Shown here: positions 46,001 through 58,613 of the stretch, piece after piece
Numbering within the stretch: position 1 is the first letter of the stretch
How the letters are laid out: the number at the start of each line of letters is the position of its first letter
DNA from: Macrostomum lignano
Lineage: Eukaryota
Direction of reading: 5' to 3'
NCBI GenBank assembly: GCA_002269645.1
Contig: NIVC01000934.1
Span: forward strand, 186,001-250,000
Length of the DNA: 64,000 bases
Program-made: the position numbers and the translations under genes
Notes under the pieces: model-generated
The model's input: only the letters and a program-made list of their open reading frames with translations
Databases searched by the model: none
Told to the model about the DNA's origin: nothing

Positions 46001-49000
46001 GAAACCCAATTACCCAAATGATGCTCAAATTGGTTGAGAAATTTTCTTTTTCTATTTTTTTAATAATGAAATTGGTATTTAATAGCAGTGTTTAAGTTTT
46101 TTATAGATAAGTACTTAATCAATATTAATACCATTTGCTATATTAACTTTGAAACCTATATGATAGCCTACATTAAGTGACTAGGTCAATTTATTCTATT
46201 ATTATTTTTTATTGCAAATTTCCAAGTTATAAGCCAAAACAAGATTCACTTTAAATAAATTAATAGTAATTTAAAAATGCCAATCTTTAAGAAACAAATA
46301 AATAAATTCTATGTAATATATTAATTAGTATTAGTTTGTTTCATAGTAATTGATAAAGAAAAGACATGCATCTTTTTTTATTCATTGCCTATATAAATAT
46401 ATTTGGTCAATACTCTACTTTGCTTGTTATTGATTAGAGATAAGATAAATATTTGGAATTAAATCGAATTGATTGAATATTTAGTTTGAATTGAAAAGTT
46501 GAGAATCTAAATACTGAATAGTTGCTTTGATATAGGATGAAGATTAAGAACAAGTCAAGAGTTAAGCATTGGTGCTGTTGCTTATAACTTAAAGGAAAAA
46601 TTAGAAATAAATAGTAACTAGGGCATTAAGGACTAAAAAGTTTGCATTTGAAGAGTAAAAAATATGGACTTGTGACTTGTGGGCTTATGGCTTATAAATA
46701 AGGGAGGGAATTAAGAATGAGACTATGTGGCATATCCTAAGGAAAGGCATAGCAGGGTTGCTTGAGTTTAATTTGAGCAGTCATAAGGCTCATTCCATAT
46801 AAGCATGGTTGTAACATGACAGGTTATTTTTACTTATAAAATGAAATCTAATAATAGAATATACTAAACCAATATTTTAAATGAAAGATTATTTTGTCTA
46901 GAATATATTTATAGAGTTTCATATAGATATCATCATTAGTATAGATGCTATTAAACCTTAAATGACACTTATGGTCGTAACGACAGGATTTTTGACATAT
47001 AGAAACTAAAAGGTAAAAGTCTTATAACATTTTTCATTTTTGATATTTTGCAATACATTTTTTAAAATTTGACTAAGAACATCTTTAGAAATCATACTCT
47101 TTTATTAGAATATATAAACTCAAAAGGCAACAAAGATACAAAAGAAAAGGCAGCCTTATGGTCGTAACATTATGGTCGTAACATATTTTTTTCTGTCAAT
47201 TCAGTAACTTTGAGGTACTAATGCATTAAAAATATAATAGATTATTTGGTCACCAATGCTTTTATCTGATGATGCAAGTACTATACTTTTATCTATAGTT
47301 TGTTTCAACCTTCAAAAGCTTTCTATTTGTTTTTAAAAGGTACAAAATCTTAATGATGTCTTTTGCTTCGAAAAATGTCCAAATTTTTACAAAAATGACT
47401 TTTTGCCAATTGATAACATACTAATCCAACATTTTACCATTCCTTTATTCTTAGATTGTATATATTGCACAATATAAACATTTGGTAAAAAAATAGGCTA
47501 ATTAGGCAATGGCAAGCAAAAATATTGACTTTTTTCTATTTTCCAAATATGTCCATCTTATATGGAATGAGCCATAAGCACATTTTGTTTGGATTAACTA
47601 TTTTAGTTTTAGGAGGCTTTGAGACTTTAGGAAAAAGAACATTAAGAATGAACTTTATAGAACATGAGGCCAACTCCTCCTTTGGAGGAGAAAAGGGAAG
47701 AACTCCTATCACTGGAATTCTATTCCCTGAAATCTATCAGCTGAATTCCATGACCCAAGTCCCATCATCCAACTCTGAAGACAAAAAATCCTCTCCATAA
47801 AATTGAACACTATCGAAATGCTCTCTGGGAAATAGGACTCAGTCGAAATTTTCTCTATCAAAAAGAACTCAACTCTCAGGATTCATTAGTTAGGGTTAGG
47901 GTTAGAGTTTCCACAGAGCTGCATGTTGAAAGATGCCAATAAAAATATTGAATTAATTGAATAAATTGATTGCATAACTAGTTTTTCAGTCAGCCAGTAT
48001 CAGTCTCAGTTAAAGTTAACAAAATGATTGTGCAATCTAAATCAACCCTCCAATACACAGTGGCAGTAAACCCTCCCCCCCAACTTTATCTATTACATCT
48101 TGCAAAACTGAATACAATCTTTGCAGAAAGTTAAAAGTATAGAAATCATTTTTCAAATGCTGTGCTTTTCCTTTTTCACATTTAAAGCAAACAACTTATA
48201 TCCCCAAACTCAGCGTTGCAAGATCTATCCAGCAATATAAGTCTCTCCTCTCTAAGTTCAAAACTCAAGGAACAATTAGCATCTGAAATTTCCCGATTTC
48301 TAGCATTGGAATATTGAGTGTACATTCACTGCTTGCTACAGTGAGAGGCTTGCAAATTTATGCATTGAATTTCACTGTCTACCAGTTAGCAAGGCTCCAA
48401 GTGTACAAACGCAGCCACTTAGAATGCCCCATCCCCTCTCTGGAGAGAAAATGCACTACCAAGATAGGAAAAAGTTGTGGCTTAATCACTCAAAATTGAT
48501 GCAAATTTTTTTCAGAGCAGAAAAAGTGGCCAAAGAAAGTTAAGAAAGTTTTCTGTTTTTTTTAACAAATGATTTTTTAAAATTCAACATCAAAATACCC
48601 TATTTGTTGCATAGGAAAATTCTGCATTGATATATATATAAGTCCCGCATTTGAGTTGCCAGCTATCTAGGAGATACACATTAAACCTGATTGATCAATT
48701 GATCCACTCAGCTTTATATTATAGAACATGAATTTGAAGCACTGTTTCTCACAAACTCAGAGGCCTAAAGCTGGCATTTGGTCTAGGTATGTTTTATTAG
48801 ATAAGATTAGTATATAGGATGCAAGCCTAGTGATCAAAGGCTGCTAAATTGAATAAGGCTAGATATTAAATATGATGTTGCTTCTAGCAGCAAGTATAGC
48901 TAAACATTTTCATACAAATTTAATCATTGCAATGGATGGCTATACCAAAGTGCTTACCAATGTGGCAGTTTTCCAAACAATGGAGCAATGAATAGATCAT

Positions 49001-50682
49001 TCATAGAACAATGAAAGTCAGTCCACATTGATAATTGACTTGATAGCAGTTTATTTAGAATGAATTTGTTTAACCATCAATTAGTACTACTGACAAGTGA
49101 CTAATGAGTAGCAAGATAAGTAATTGATTGAAATATTTATTTAGTATTATTTCATATTCAAATCATATCAAATTGGTTCAAAAATTCATTTTATCCCATC
49201 TTTATTATTGACTCCAGCCACTATAAATTGATTGTATTAATAGCTAGCCAATCAGAGCAAGTATAAGGTAAATAATACATCATTGTAAAAAGTGTTGATA
49301 CCAATGATTAGGGGAGGGGTTTAGCAAGTATAGTAGAATTAGGTTAATATATAGTGTTTCACCTAGATAAATTCAAAATATAGATCATTGATATAGTCTA
49401 GATTAGAAAGTGAAGGAAATTGAATAGAAAGAGAAGGAAGAGAAAAAAGATGAGCAATAAAAGGAAAAAGGACATAAGATGAGGAGAGGGGGGGGGAAAG
49501 ATAAAAGAAGAAGGGAAAGAACAAAGAACTGAGAAGACAGCTAAGAGTAGGCAAACCTTAAGTGGGCCATTATAAGTGGGCCTTAAGTGGGCTATTATAA
49601 AGTTTCAAAGGACCCCCAATAGCCAAACACAAAATCTTTTTGGTCCATCTGTGGCCTATAGGCCAGAGTTTATGAACCCCTATACAAGTCCAAGCTTGTG
49701 TAATTGAATATTAGAGTTTTTACAATAGAAAGGACAAGCCATTTGTATAATATCACATTGAGTATTCTTATATAGATAAATATGTAGATTATAAGTTTGT
49801 TTGTAAATAGCCTTATTATTACATTGTTTAGCAATTTGACGATCATTATTCGCATATTTACAAACAATGAACAATCATTACTACAAACAATGCATTGTCT
49901 ATCGGATTGTCAAACAGAAAAACAATGCAAAGAATCAGCAGTCGCAGCATGTGACAACTGACAACGATTTGTCTATGGCTCACGCCTACCGGCGCTTGCC
50001 AGACAATCGTTGTCACGCATTGGGACCGCTGATTATTTATCCATTGTATGTTGTTTTATTTTAGGAGGATTCTAATTGAGAATTTGATTTAGTGTGCACC
50101 TTAAATGACATATCAAAACATGTTTCAAGACCTTGAGGTATTTTTATGCAGTGACTGGCTCAGTTCCATTAAAAAGTTTTTCCATTGCTAGTGAAAAAAA
50201 ACATTTATTTTAACCACTGTTGATTTTTACAATGTTACTAAGGCATAGTTACTAAAGCTATTAAAAGCACTAAATTTTTAACAAAACTATTATGTTAATT
50301 AAAAATTTGCAATGTTTTTCTGGTTTACAATATTATATAAGCATGACTATTAAAATCTATCCAATATTAATTTTTATCAGTATTTTTATTTAAATTTCTA
50401 TTCCTAAATCAAAGTTTAGACACCTTTGGTATTAATTTATTGATTGAGTTAAAATTTATATATATTTTATAGTAAAGCTAATAATAATATTGCTAATTAA
50501 CTATTACCAGTGATCTACTTAGAATACTTCTTTGTTAAATCTGAATACTGAGTATGGACCAGATTTATAGAGCTAAATACCTGACAAATTTTAAAACATT
50601 AGCACTTAAATTGTGTGAAAATGCTTCCTAAAGTTTCTTCAATTTTAATTATAGTTTATTGTAATGATAAAAATTAAGTATG

Positions 50683-51122
50683 TGATTCATCTAGTCATAA
50701 GCTGTAGTGATGAGTGATGCTGGCACTGATTCATCTAGTTATCAGCTATAGTGATGAGTCATGCCAGCACTGATTCATCTAGTCATCAGCTGTAGTGATG
50801 AGTGATGCTGGCACTGATTCATCTAGTCATCAGCTGTAGTGATGAGTGATGCTGGCACTGATTCATCTAGTCATCAGCTATAGTGATGAGTCATGCCAGC
50901 ACTGATTCATCTAGTCATCAGCTGTAGTGATGAGTGATGCTGGCACTGATTCATCTAGTCATCAGCTATAGTGATGAGTCATGCCAGCACTGATTCATCT
51001 AGTCATCAGCTATAGTGATGAGTCATGCCAGCACTGATTCATCTAGTCATCAGCTATAGTGATGAGTCATGCTGGCACTGATTCATCTAGTCATCAGCTG
51101 TAGTGATGAGTCATGCCGGCAC
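50683..51122. repeat. Minisatellite, 10 x 44 bp (GATTCATCTAGTCATCAGCTGTAGTGATGAGTGATGCTGGCACT)
   Basis: Visible; two interspersed unit variants. Confidence 0.97.
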
Positions 51123-51335
51123 AATGCACTATTCTACAATTTTGCTTGATTTGGTATTGATTTGCTTAATTATATTTTAGTCTGTTACAAACCACAGTAC
51201 AAATACGAGCATTGCCATTGGCCTCTATTTATTTCGATACATATCGGCGCCATCAAACCCGATGCACCAGCCAGTCAAGGCGGCCAACCTGCATTCAAGA
51301 CGAGTCGCGCGCGCCAGCCGCCGCAGCAGCCGGAC

Positions 51336-53827
51336 ATGGGCTCCTCTAACCAGGATGACCCGCTGCCCAAAGAGGTGTACTCCAGGTGGGCGGACTGGCT
51401 GCTAGGCTCCTCGGAGTCTCTGTGGGCCCAGGAGCCGCCGGACCAGCAATGGCCGGACAGCAGCAAGGAGGAGGACCTGGAGATGCGACTGCCAGCTGAG
51501 CTGCTCAGCGACATCAACAATGCCACGGCTGAGCTGCCGCCCACCATGCCGCCGCCGCTGCTGCCGCCTCCACCTCTGCAGCAACAGCAGCAGCAACAGC
51601 AGCCAGTGCAGCTGCCTGCCCACCACCAGCCGCTGATGCCGCCCGGCCCCAGGCCTCTCGAAACCGGCGGCCATCCGGATCGTCGGGAGCGGACAACGTC
51701 GACCAGTTCAGCGGCCACGCGTGCGCTGCGCCTGTCTCAGATTCCTCCGCTGATGCCGCAGCCGCCGCCCAACGCAGCCAGGCACCAGCCGCATCAGCGC
51801 CCAGCCTCCTCCAGCAGCGTTGGCGCCACCGCTGCACCAGTGCGACAGCCGCGCCGACGGCAGAACCGGCAGGCGACACCGCCGGCAGCTGTGGCAAACG
51901 CCGGGGTGGCTGCCAGCGTCGCGGGCGTCTCCGCGGCGTCGGCACCGGTTTCTGCTGCTGCCAATTGCGGTCACTCCGCGACTGCCGGCGCTGCGAACTC
52001 CGCGCCGGCCGAAGAGATGCCGCCACCTCCGCCGCCGCCGCCGGCTCCATCAGCGCCGACACCTGTCGGGCCGGACAGCAGCCGGAAGCCGACCTACTCG
52101 GACATCATCAAGAAGCAGAAGGCCGCCGCCGCTGCCGCTGCAGCCGCCGCCGCCACTGCGGCTGCTTCGAGCTCTGCGGGCTCTGCAGCCGGGTCGCAGG
52201 CTGCCTCGTCGCCGAGTCATCAGCGGGCGGCGGCAGGCGACAGCCCAGTCAGGACTCAAGCCGCCGCTGCCCCAGCAGCACCTGGCAAGCGAGAGGCGTC
52301 CGCTGCAGCTGGACCTGCCGCGGTTCGAAATGCCGGCCACCCTGCAGGCGTAAATTCTGGGACTGCGGCCGCTCAGCCGTCTGGGACCGCGGCAACGCCA
52401 GCGGCTCCGAGCTCCAGCGACTCGACCAACTCGACCTCCGTCACCGGGCGGCGCGGCAATCGCCAGACATCTGCTGGCCGGCCGCTAGCCATCCCGCGCC
52501 GCAGGCCACAAAGTCTCAGCATCATCATGCAGTCCAGCCTCCTGGTCCCAATCATCATCATCAACAGCAGCAACAGCAGCAGAAGCTGGCCGATGGCGCG
52601 CAGCAGCGATCCGCTTCCATAGACTTGTCTCAGCCATCGCCGCTGCCGGCCCAGCCGCTCAGCGGCAGCAGCGAGGACCGGCGCCAGCAGCAGCTGCTCA
52701 ACAACGCCAAGCCGTTGCCGCCCGGCCACTGCGGCGGCGGCTCCGCCCCGGCCACCGCCGGCTTCATCAACAATCTGCACCGGGGCTCCTGCGACAGCAG
52801 CAGCCTGGACGACAGCGCCGGGAGCGGCAGCGGCGTCGGTGGCAGTCGCCAGGCTCTGGCCGGCCGGCCCAACAGCGCATCCGGCAAGTCCGGTGCGGCG
52901 GCTTCAGCGGCCCGGCGTCGGCAGACTGCAGGCGGCGCCTCTTCCGCCTCCACAGGACGGTCCGGTGGAGCTTCAGGCGGCTCCAGCGCCTCGGGTAGCG
53001 GCGGAGGCGGCAGCGGCCTTGTTGAAGGCGCCTCGCTGCTGCTGGTGGCCTTCTTCCAGCTGCTGCTGTGCTGCGTCCGCTCCCTGGCCGCGGCCGCCGT
53101 TGGCCTGGCGCTGTCCTGCCTGGCCTGGTGCCGCCAGCACCGTCAGCAGCGTCGCCGGCGCCGCCGCCCAGCTTGGCTGCCGGCCGGCCTGCAGGCAAAC
53201 GTGGAGCTGCCGCTGACCGCCGAGGACACGGTGCGCCGCCTGCTGGCCTGCCAGGACCACCGCGACGCCTACAGCGTGCTGGGCGTCAGGCGGGACGCCG
53301 AGCAACGGGAGATTGTGCAGCACTACCGGCACCAGCTCCGCCTGCTGCAAGCCGCGCCAGCGGCCACCTCACCGGGGGTGCACGAGGCCGCCCAACTGCT
53401 GCAGCGCGCCTTCGCCCTGCTGGACGGCCACGCCAACAGGCGCGAATTCGACAGCGGGGCGGCCGGTGGCCACGCCGACATGGCGCAGCTGGCGGCCGAC
53501 CTGCAGCTGGCGGTGCACCGCCTGCCCTGCGCCAGGTGCTCCGGCCGGCACCTGTGGCTGCCCACCGACCTCAGCCCGCAGGCCGCCCGCTACTGCTCCG
53601 CCTGCCGCGTCCGCCACCCGGCCCAGGACGGCGACCTGTGGGCAGAGTCGCGCCTGCTGGGCCTTCGCCGGGTCTTCCTGGCCTGCCAGGACGGCCGGGT
53701 CTGCCAGGTGAACGAGCTGGCCAGGTGCCAAGCTGAGCTGTTCGCCAAGCTGCAGCCCGACTGCCACCGCTGCCAGCTGCGCCGGGCCGAGGCAGCCCCG
53801 CCCTACCGGTTCGTCTACAGAAAGTAG
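51336..53827 (+). CDS. DNAJC14: DNAJC14/Jiv-like protein (low-complexity N-terminus, TM segment, J-like domain, Jiv90 domain); one apparent 1-bp frameshift near 52478
   Basis: AYSVLGV...IVQHYR...AFALL...RREFD J-like fold; Jiv90 motifs CARCSGRH, ARYCSACRVRHPAQDGDLWAESRLLG. Start codon uncertain. Confidence 0.8.
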
Positions 53828-56800
53828 CGGCGCCTGCCCTCACTCTTGATTGTGTTTTGTAAGATTGTGACTGATAATGAATGACAACTAGGAGTCCTCT
53901 AGTGGGGCTCGGTTGCAGGCAAATTCCAGTCTTGCCACACGGTCTGGTTTCACAGAATCGAGCTAGTAAAACGCTATCGCAGGTTTTTTAACTGGAGGAT
54001 TGTTTATGGAATTTTCCTGCAAACTGGTTGATCCCCCGCCGCTCGGATGGTTCCGCTTTTACTCAGACTCGAATGCCGCGATGCCCCCCATGGCGCTTAG
54101 ACACCCGCCTGTGTTTGCTGCCCCCTCCCCTGCTCTGCCTCTGTCTGCTTTTTTCTTACTCAGACTTCAGCGCTTTTCTACATCATCTCAATAAGCAAAG
54201 CTTGCTACTGCGTCCGCCCCTGGCCCTACGGTTCTGATTAATTATTTATTAATTTGCAGTTAATAGCCGCCCTCCTCCAGACTGCCCAAGCCGACTGTTT
54301 TGCTAGATTCGTAGCGTACATTTCTTACATACAGTAAGCTTTAATCTCACGTCACTAATACTGATTAATAATGATAATATTATATAATAATCTGCTTGGC
54401 GGACTTGACAGCACAATTGGCCTTTGGCGCTGAGATATTTTTGCTCCGGTTCAACTTGCGCTTATTGAGCGGCATTCTGTAATTTTATCTCATATCTGCC
54501 TTGCGCGGCTTATGTATACTACTCACCAAATGCCGATTTGTTAGTAGTATGTATCGCCAGGGACACTATTATAATAATGATAAAATCTATTTTTACTATT
54601 TAGTGCTAAACAGGAAGGTGCCATCCAATGTCAGTGCTCATTGGTCCAGTGCAGTCTAGAGTGCGCACTCGCCAGAGTAACTTCCCCTCAAGACTGGTTG
54701 GTCAGCAGTTCTTCCATCCTTGGTGCAGAATCCGACATCGTCAGCAGCAGAAAGCGGTGGCTTCAAGCCCTCAGTGCCTTTTGTGTGTGTGTTCGTCCCA
54801 AAATAAATCAGTAAGGCAGTAGAGCTCTTTAATTTTTTCGACGTATGTCGATGTGTCAGCCGGCCTTTTCTCAATATCCCCAGCGAAATGTCCCCTTTCC
54901 TGCCGACACTTTTCTCCGTGGTTTTCTGAGTTCATTGTTCTCCTTTTATCTTTTTAACAACTGTTATCACACAGCCAGTTTGGGAATTACAATTATATTT
55001 CTAAGAAAATTTACACGACGCTTCACTTTAACGGTTGAGGTTTCTGCTCTTCTATTGTTGCATTCTAAAAACTGAAAATTTGTCTTGCAATTTCCTTTTT
55101 TCCGAGCCAAAGTTATAATAAGCTGACCTGCAGACGCTAAAAAATGAGGATCAAAACATAAGCGAAAATGATGCATATTTTCAAACAGATCCGTTAGACT
55201 TGTTTAACATATGATCTCCATTGATTATGTTCATGTAAATCTTCTGTGACTATGTATGGGCATTCAGACTCATCACAAAATTTTTCGAAAAACATGCCTT
55301 TGAAGACTTGAAGACGCAAGAAATTTGAGAAGCAGCGCAACTATTGTCAAGCTCTATACGTTAATAAACGGAAAAAACCATTCGGAATATGATTATTCAA
55401 CGTTTCCTTTTTATTGTGAAAATCTATATTAATAGTTAAAAATTTAAAGATAATTCAAAGTAAGTTATGAGCTCACTAACGACGCAAGAGAACATGTCTC
55501 AAATGAGTTTGTTTTTATCCTACGTTTTAACGCGCTTTTCAAAAAGGACGCTCTCGTCTTCCACGGCTCGCCCGACACTTCTTTGCGTGCCCTCGGCAAT
55601 GTTCAAACTGCTGCCTGTTGTGACCTGGAAGTTTTGTGAAAACTGAAGAGTTACAAAGGTTAAGTCAAAAAGTTTTACAGTAGCCTAATTAAATAGCTAG
55701 GAAATGTGTAGTTGTGCTCTGCATCAAGCAGATGTGTATTGAAAAGCTTAGAAGTGACTATGCCATTCAAGTTTGGCACCGTGTCAATAATGGGTGTATA
55801 ACATATAATAGCGTCGGCTAATTAGTATCTTAATGTCATAGGCCTAACTTTATACCACATAATTCGATATATGGCTTTTTATTATATGTTAATGACTTAT
55901 TGGCTTATTGCATCATAGGCCTATGCTTGAATGAATATATAAAGTGCAATATCAAGTACCAAGACTTCCTTGGTAGTATAGCATTGCTGGCTTTGATCCT
56001 TTGCCTGTAACTAAAGCTTTTAGGTGGTTGTAACCTATATTTTCTCTTCAAATTATAAGTCACATTGGCATTCTTAGCTGATTAAGTCATTGGTTAATAT
56101 ACTTTGTAGGGAATTGTGGCTGCTTCTATGACTATAGTAGGCACTTCAGTGAGAAAATTAAATTTCAGAAATTGTTATAGGCTGCTATTTCACTAGATAG
56201 ATCTTACTTTCCCATTTCCAAAATGGCCAAACTTTAGTGATTTGGTTGAGTAATAAGGAAACTACAGCTATTTTAGTAACCCCGATTTGTGCCTTTAGCC
56301 AATGGAATTTTTACATTACGGTTTGTGATCATTTTTGGCCAAAAAGTTGGCTTTTTGTCTTTGAACACTTGTAATTAATTTTCTAGCCAACCAAAATGAC
56401 TGTGCTTGGTGTCATTTTGTTCAGTTTTTTAGTGTTAATTGTATGAATTATATATTTTAATATTATTTTATATGCCCAAGTTGCTAAGCTAATTGAAACA
56501 GGATGGGTGTATGAAATTTTGACTATTTTAACCAGATACGCAATGATTGCAATTTTAAAAATACAATAGCATCTGTTCTGCTTGCTTAATTTATACAAGG
56601 CTAGTGTCATTTTGTTCAGGTTTTTACCTACTATAATACTATTCTACTTCTTGCCCTAAATTTTTAATGCATGACAGACACCCCAACTGCAATGTAATGT
56701 GCTGTACAGGCTTTGCGCATGGGTTTATTAAAAAACGGTTTTGCCTATCGTGTTCAGCATAGCAGAATTAGTTAAATGACACAGAGAACTAGTTTGCCGG

Positions 56801-58290
56801 AAGGCAGAGTCTCACAAAAAACACGAAATACACGTTTCAATGGGTATTTTACATGTAAACGTATCAAAAAAAGAAACCTCCACAAAATTTTTGCGCCTAT
56901 AGCTATTGGCAAGCGGTTTTTTTTACTGTGCTTGTATTGTCAATAGGTAATGAAAAATATAAAGAGAAACAATGCAGGAAAAGGATTTCATGGAAAATTT
57001 TGGATTTGAAATTTTGCATAGAGCCATATGGGCATTAAAAGAAAAAAAAAATTTTTTTTAACACCAGAAAAATGTTTTTAAATTATCCCTTTACACTATA
57101 AAACCTTTGTTTCCATTATAAGAAACACATTGCAGCTAAGAAAAAGCATTTTCTGAACCACTGTTTTTTTATTCATTTTGGCTTCAATTTTATATTCCTC
57201 CTAAAAAATGGTCAACTTTAAAAATAGACAGTGCAAAAAGTATAACAAAGCTAGACTTGCAGTTGGTGTCATTTGAAAGAGCTCCTTTTTACCTTTTAAA
57301 TGCATATTTTACTTTCATCCTGGCTTCTATAGTTTCTTTAAAATCGCCCTTGAAAAATTGGACTTTTTTCTTACTTTTTTGCCATTGGCACGCACTTCTT
57401 ATAACTCACTGAAGTCCCTAACTATAGCTTACAATGATGAGTGGTAGTGGTAGATAAGCTAAAATGCACAGATAGAACTTGATATATTTCTATCCTAGTA
57501 TATAGAGACTTTGTCTTGCAAAGCAGCCTCAATCTGGGTTTTTTGTCTAGCTTACTAGATATTAAGTGCAATTTTGCATCTATTCTAAGGTCTAATTTTA
57601 AGGTGCAAATTTTAAAAGCAGGGTTTGGCACTACTGCAAGTTATATAACTAAAAAACAAAAATTTTTGTTATGCTAAGCTATCATTTTTCAGTTTCTTAC
57701 AAACTTGAAAATTAAATTTAAGAAGCCAAATAATGATTTTTAATATAATAACTATTTTAATACATTTTGTTTTATTGACTATTATAGCTCATGAGATATG
57801 ACTCACTTTGCTTTAATAATTTAACATCATTGGAAACTAGTTTAATTTATTAAAATCTAAATTACATATATCTGAATCAAAATTAAATTTTAAGGACTGA
57901 AATCACATTGTGGCTCATATTTTAGGGTGCAATTTTGAATTCTTAGATGCTATTTGTACCAATTTATATAAAAAACCAAGGTCTTAATACTATGTTACTC
58001 TTTTGCTAATGGCAAAATGGGAGGTTGCAATCAAGGTATTAAAGGTATATGCTTAACTTAGATAGGCCTAAGTTGAACTTGGCTTCAACAAATTTCTTGT
58101 ACTAAGATTTGTCTTTGCTTTGTATTTCCCAAGTGTAGGATTTATATAGACTATTGTCTATTACAAAGCTGCAATATGCCTCAATAGCTTTTATTTCTGC
58201 TGATCATCAATTGGCTTATATGACCAGGTAGCTCTAAAACTATGATAGCCTAATGATGTATTGAGCAGGACTCTTTTTCAGCTGCATTTC

Positions 58291-58613
58291 ATAGTTAATC
58301 ATATCATTAACTACATACATGCGCAACCTCCAAATTTCGGTCGGCCGTGCGACTTAGTTTTAACAAAAATGCGACATGTAGTTTTTGGCCAAAAAATGCA
58401 ACTTACATGTAAAAAAAACCCAAAAGCAAAATTAACGCAACTTTGGGTAAACGGCAGGAGTAACTATGACTGTCTTATAAAGCCAAAATGCATCATCAGC
58501 TACTTAGTACTACTACTCTGTGTTTTTCGGGTCGGCATTTTTGCGACTTCCTTGGTTGGCCGCCAAATCGGTCGGCCAGATCGGCTGACTGTTGCGCATG
58601 TATGATTAACTAT
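58291..58613. mobile_element. MITE-like element with terminal inverted repeats
   Basis: CATACATGCGCAAC (58314-58327) is the perfect reverse complement of 58591-58604; outer ATAGTTAATCAT / ATGATTAACTAT also pair; no TSD found. Confidence 0.55.

Noticed and set aside
47886-47907. Interstitial telomere
   Set aside because: Only two exact TTAGGG units.
51275-53843. Many overlapping and antisense ORFs in the GC-rich genes (also over the GPCRs, kinase and Bel pol)
   Set aside because: Expected shadow ORFs of high-GC3 coding DNA, with no recognisable motifs.
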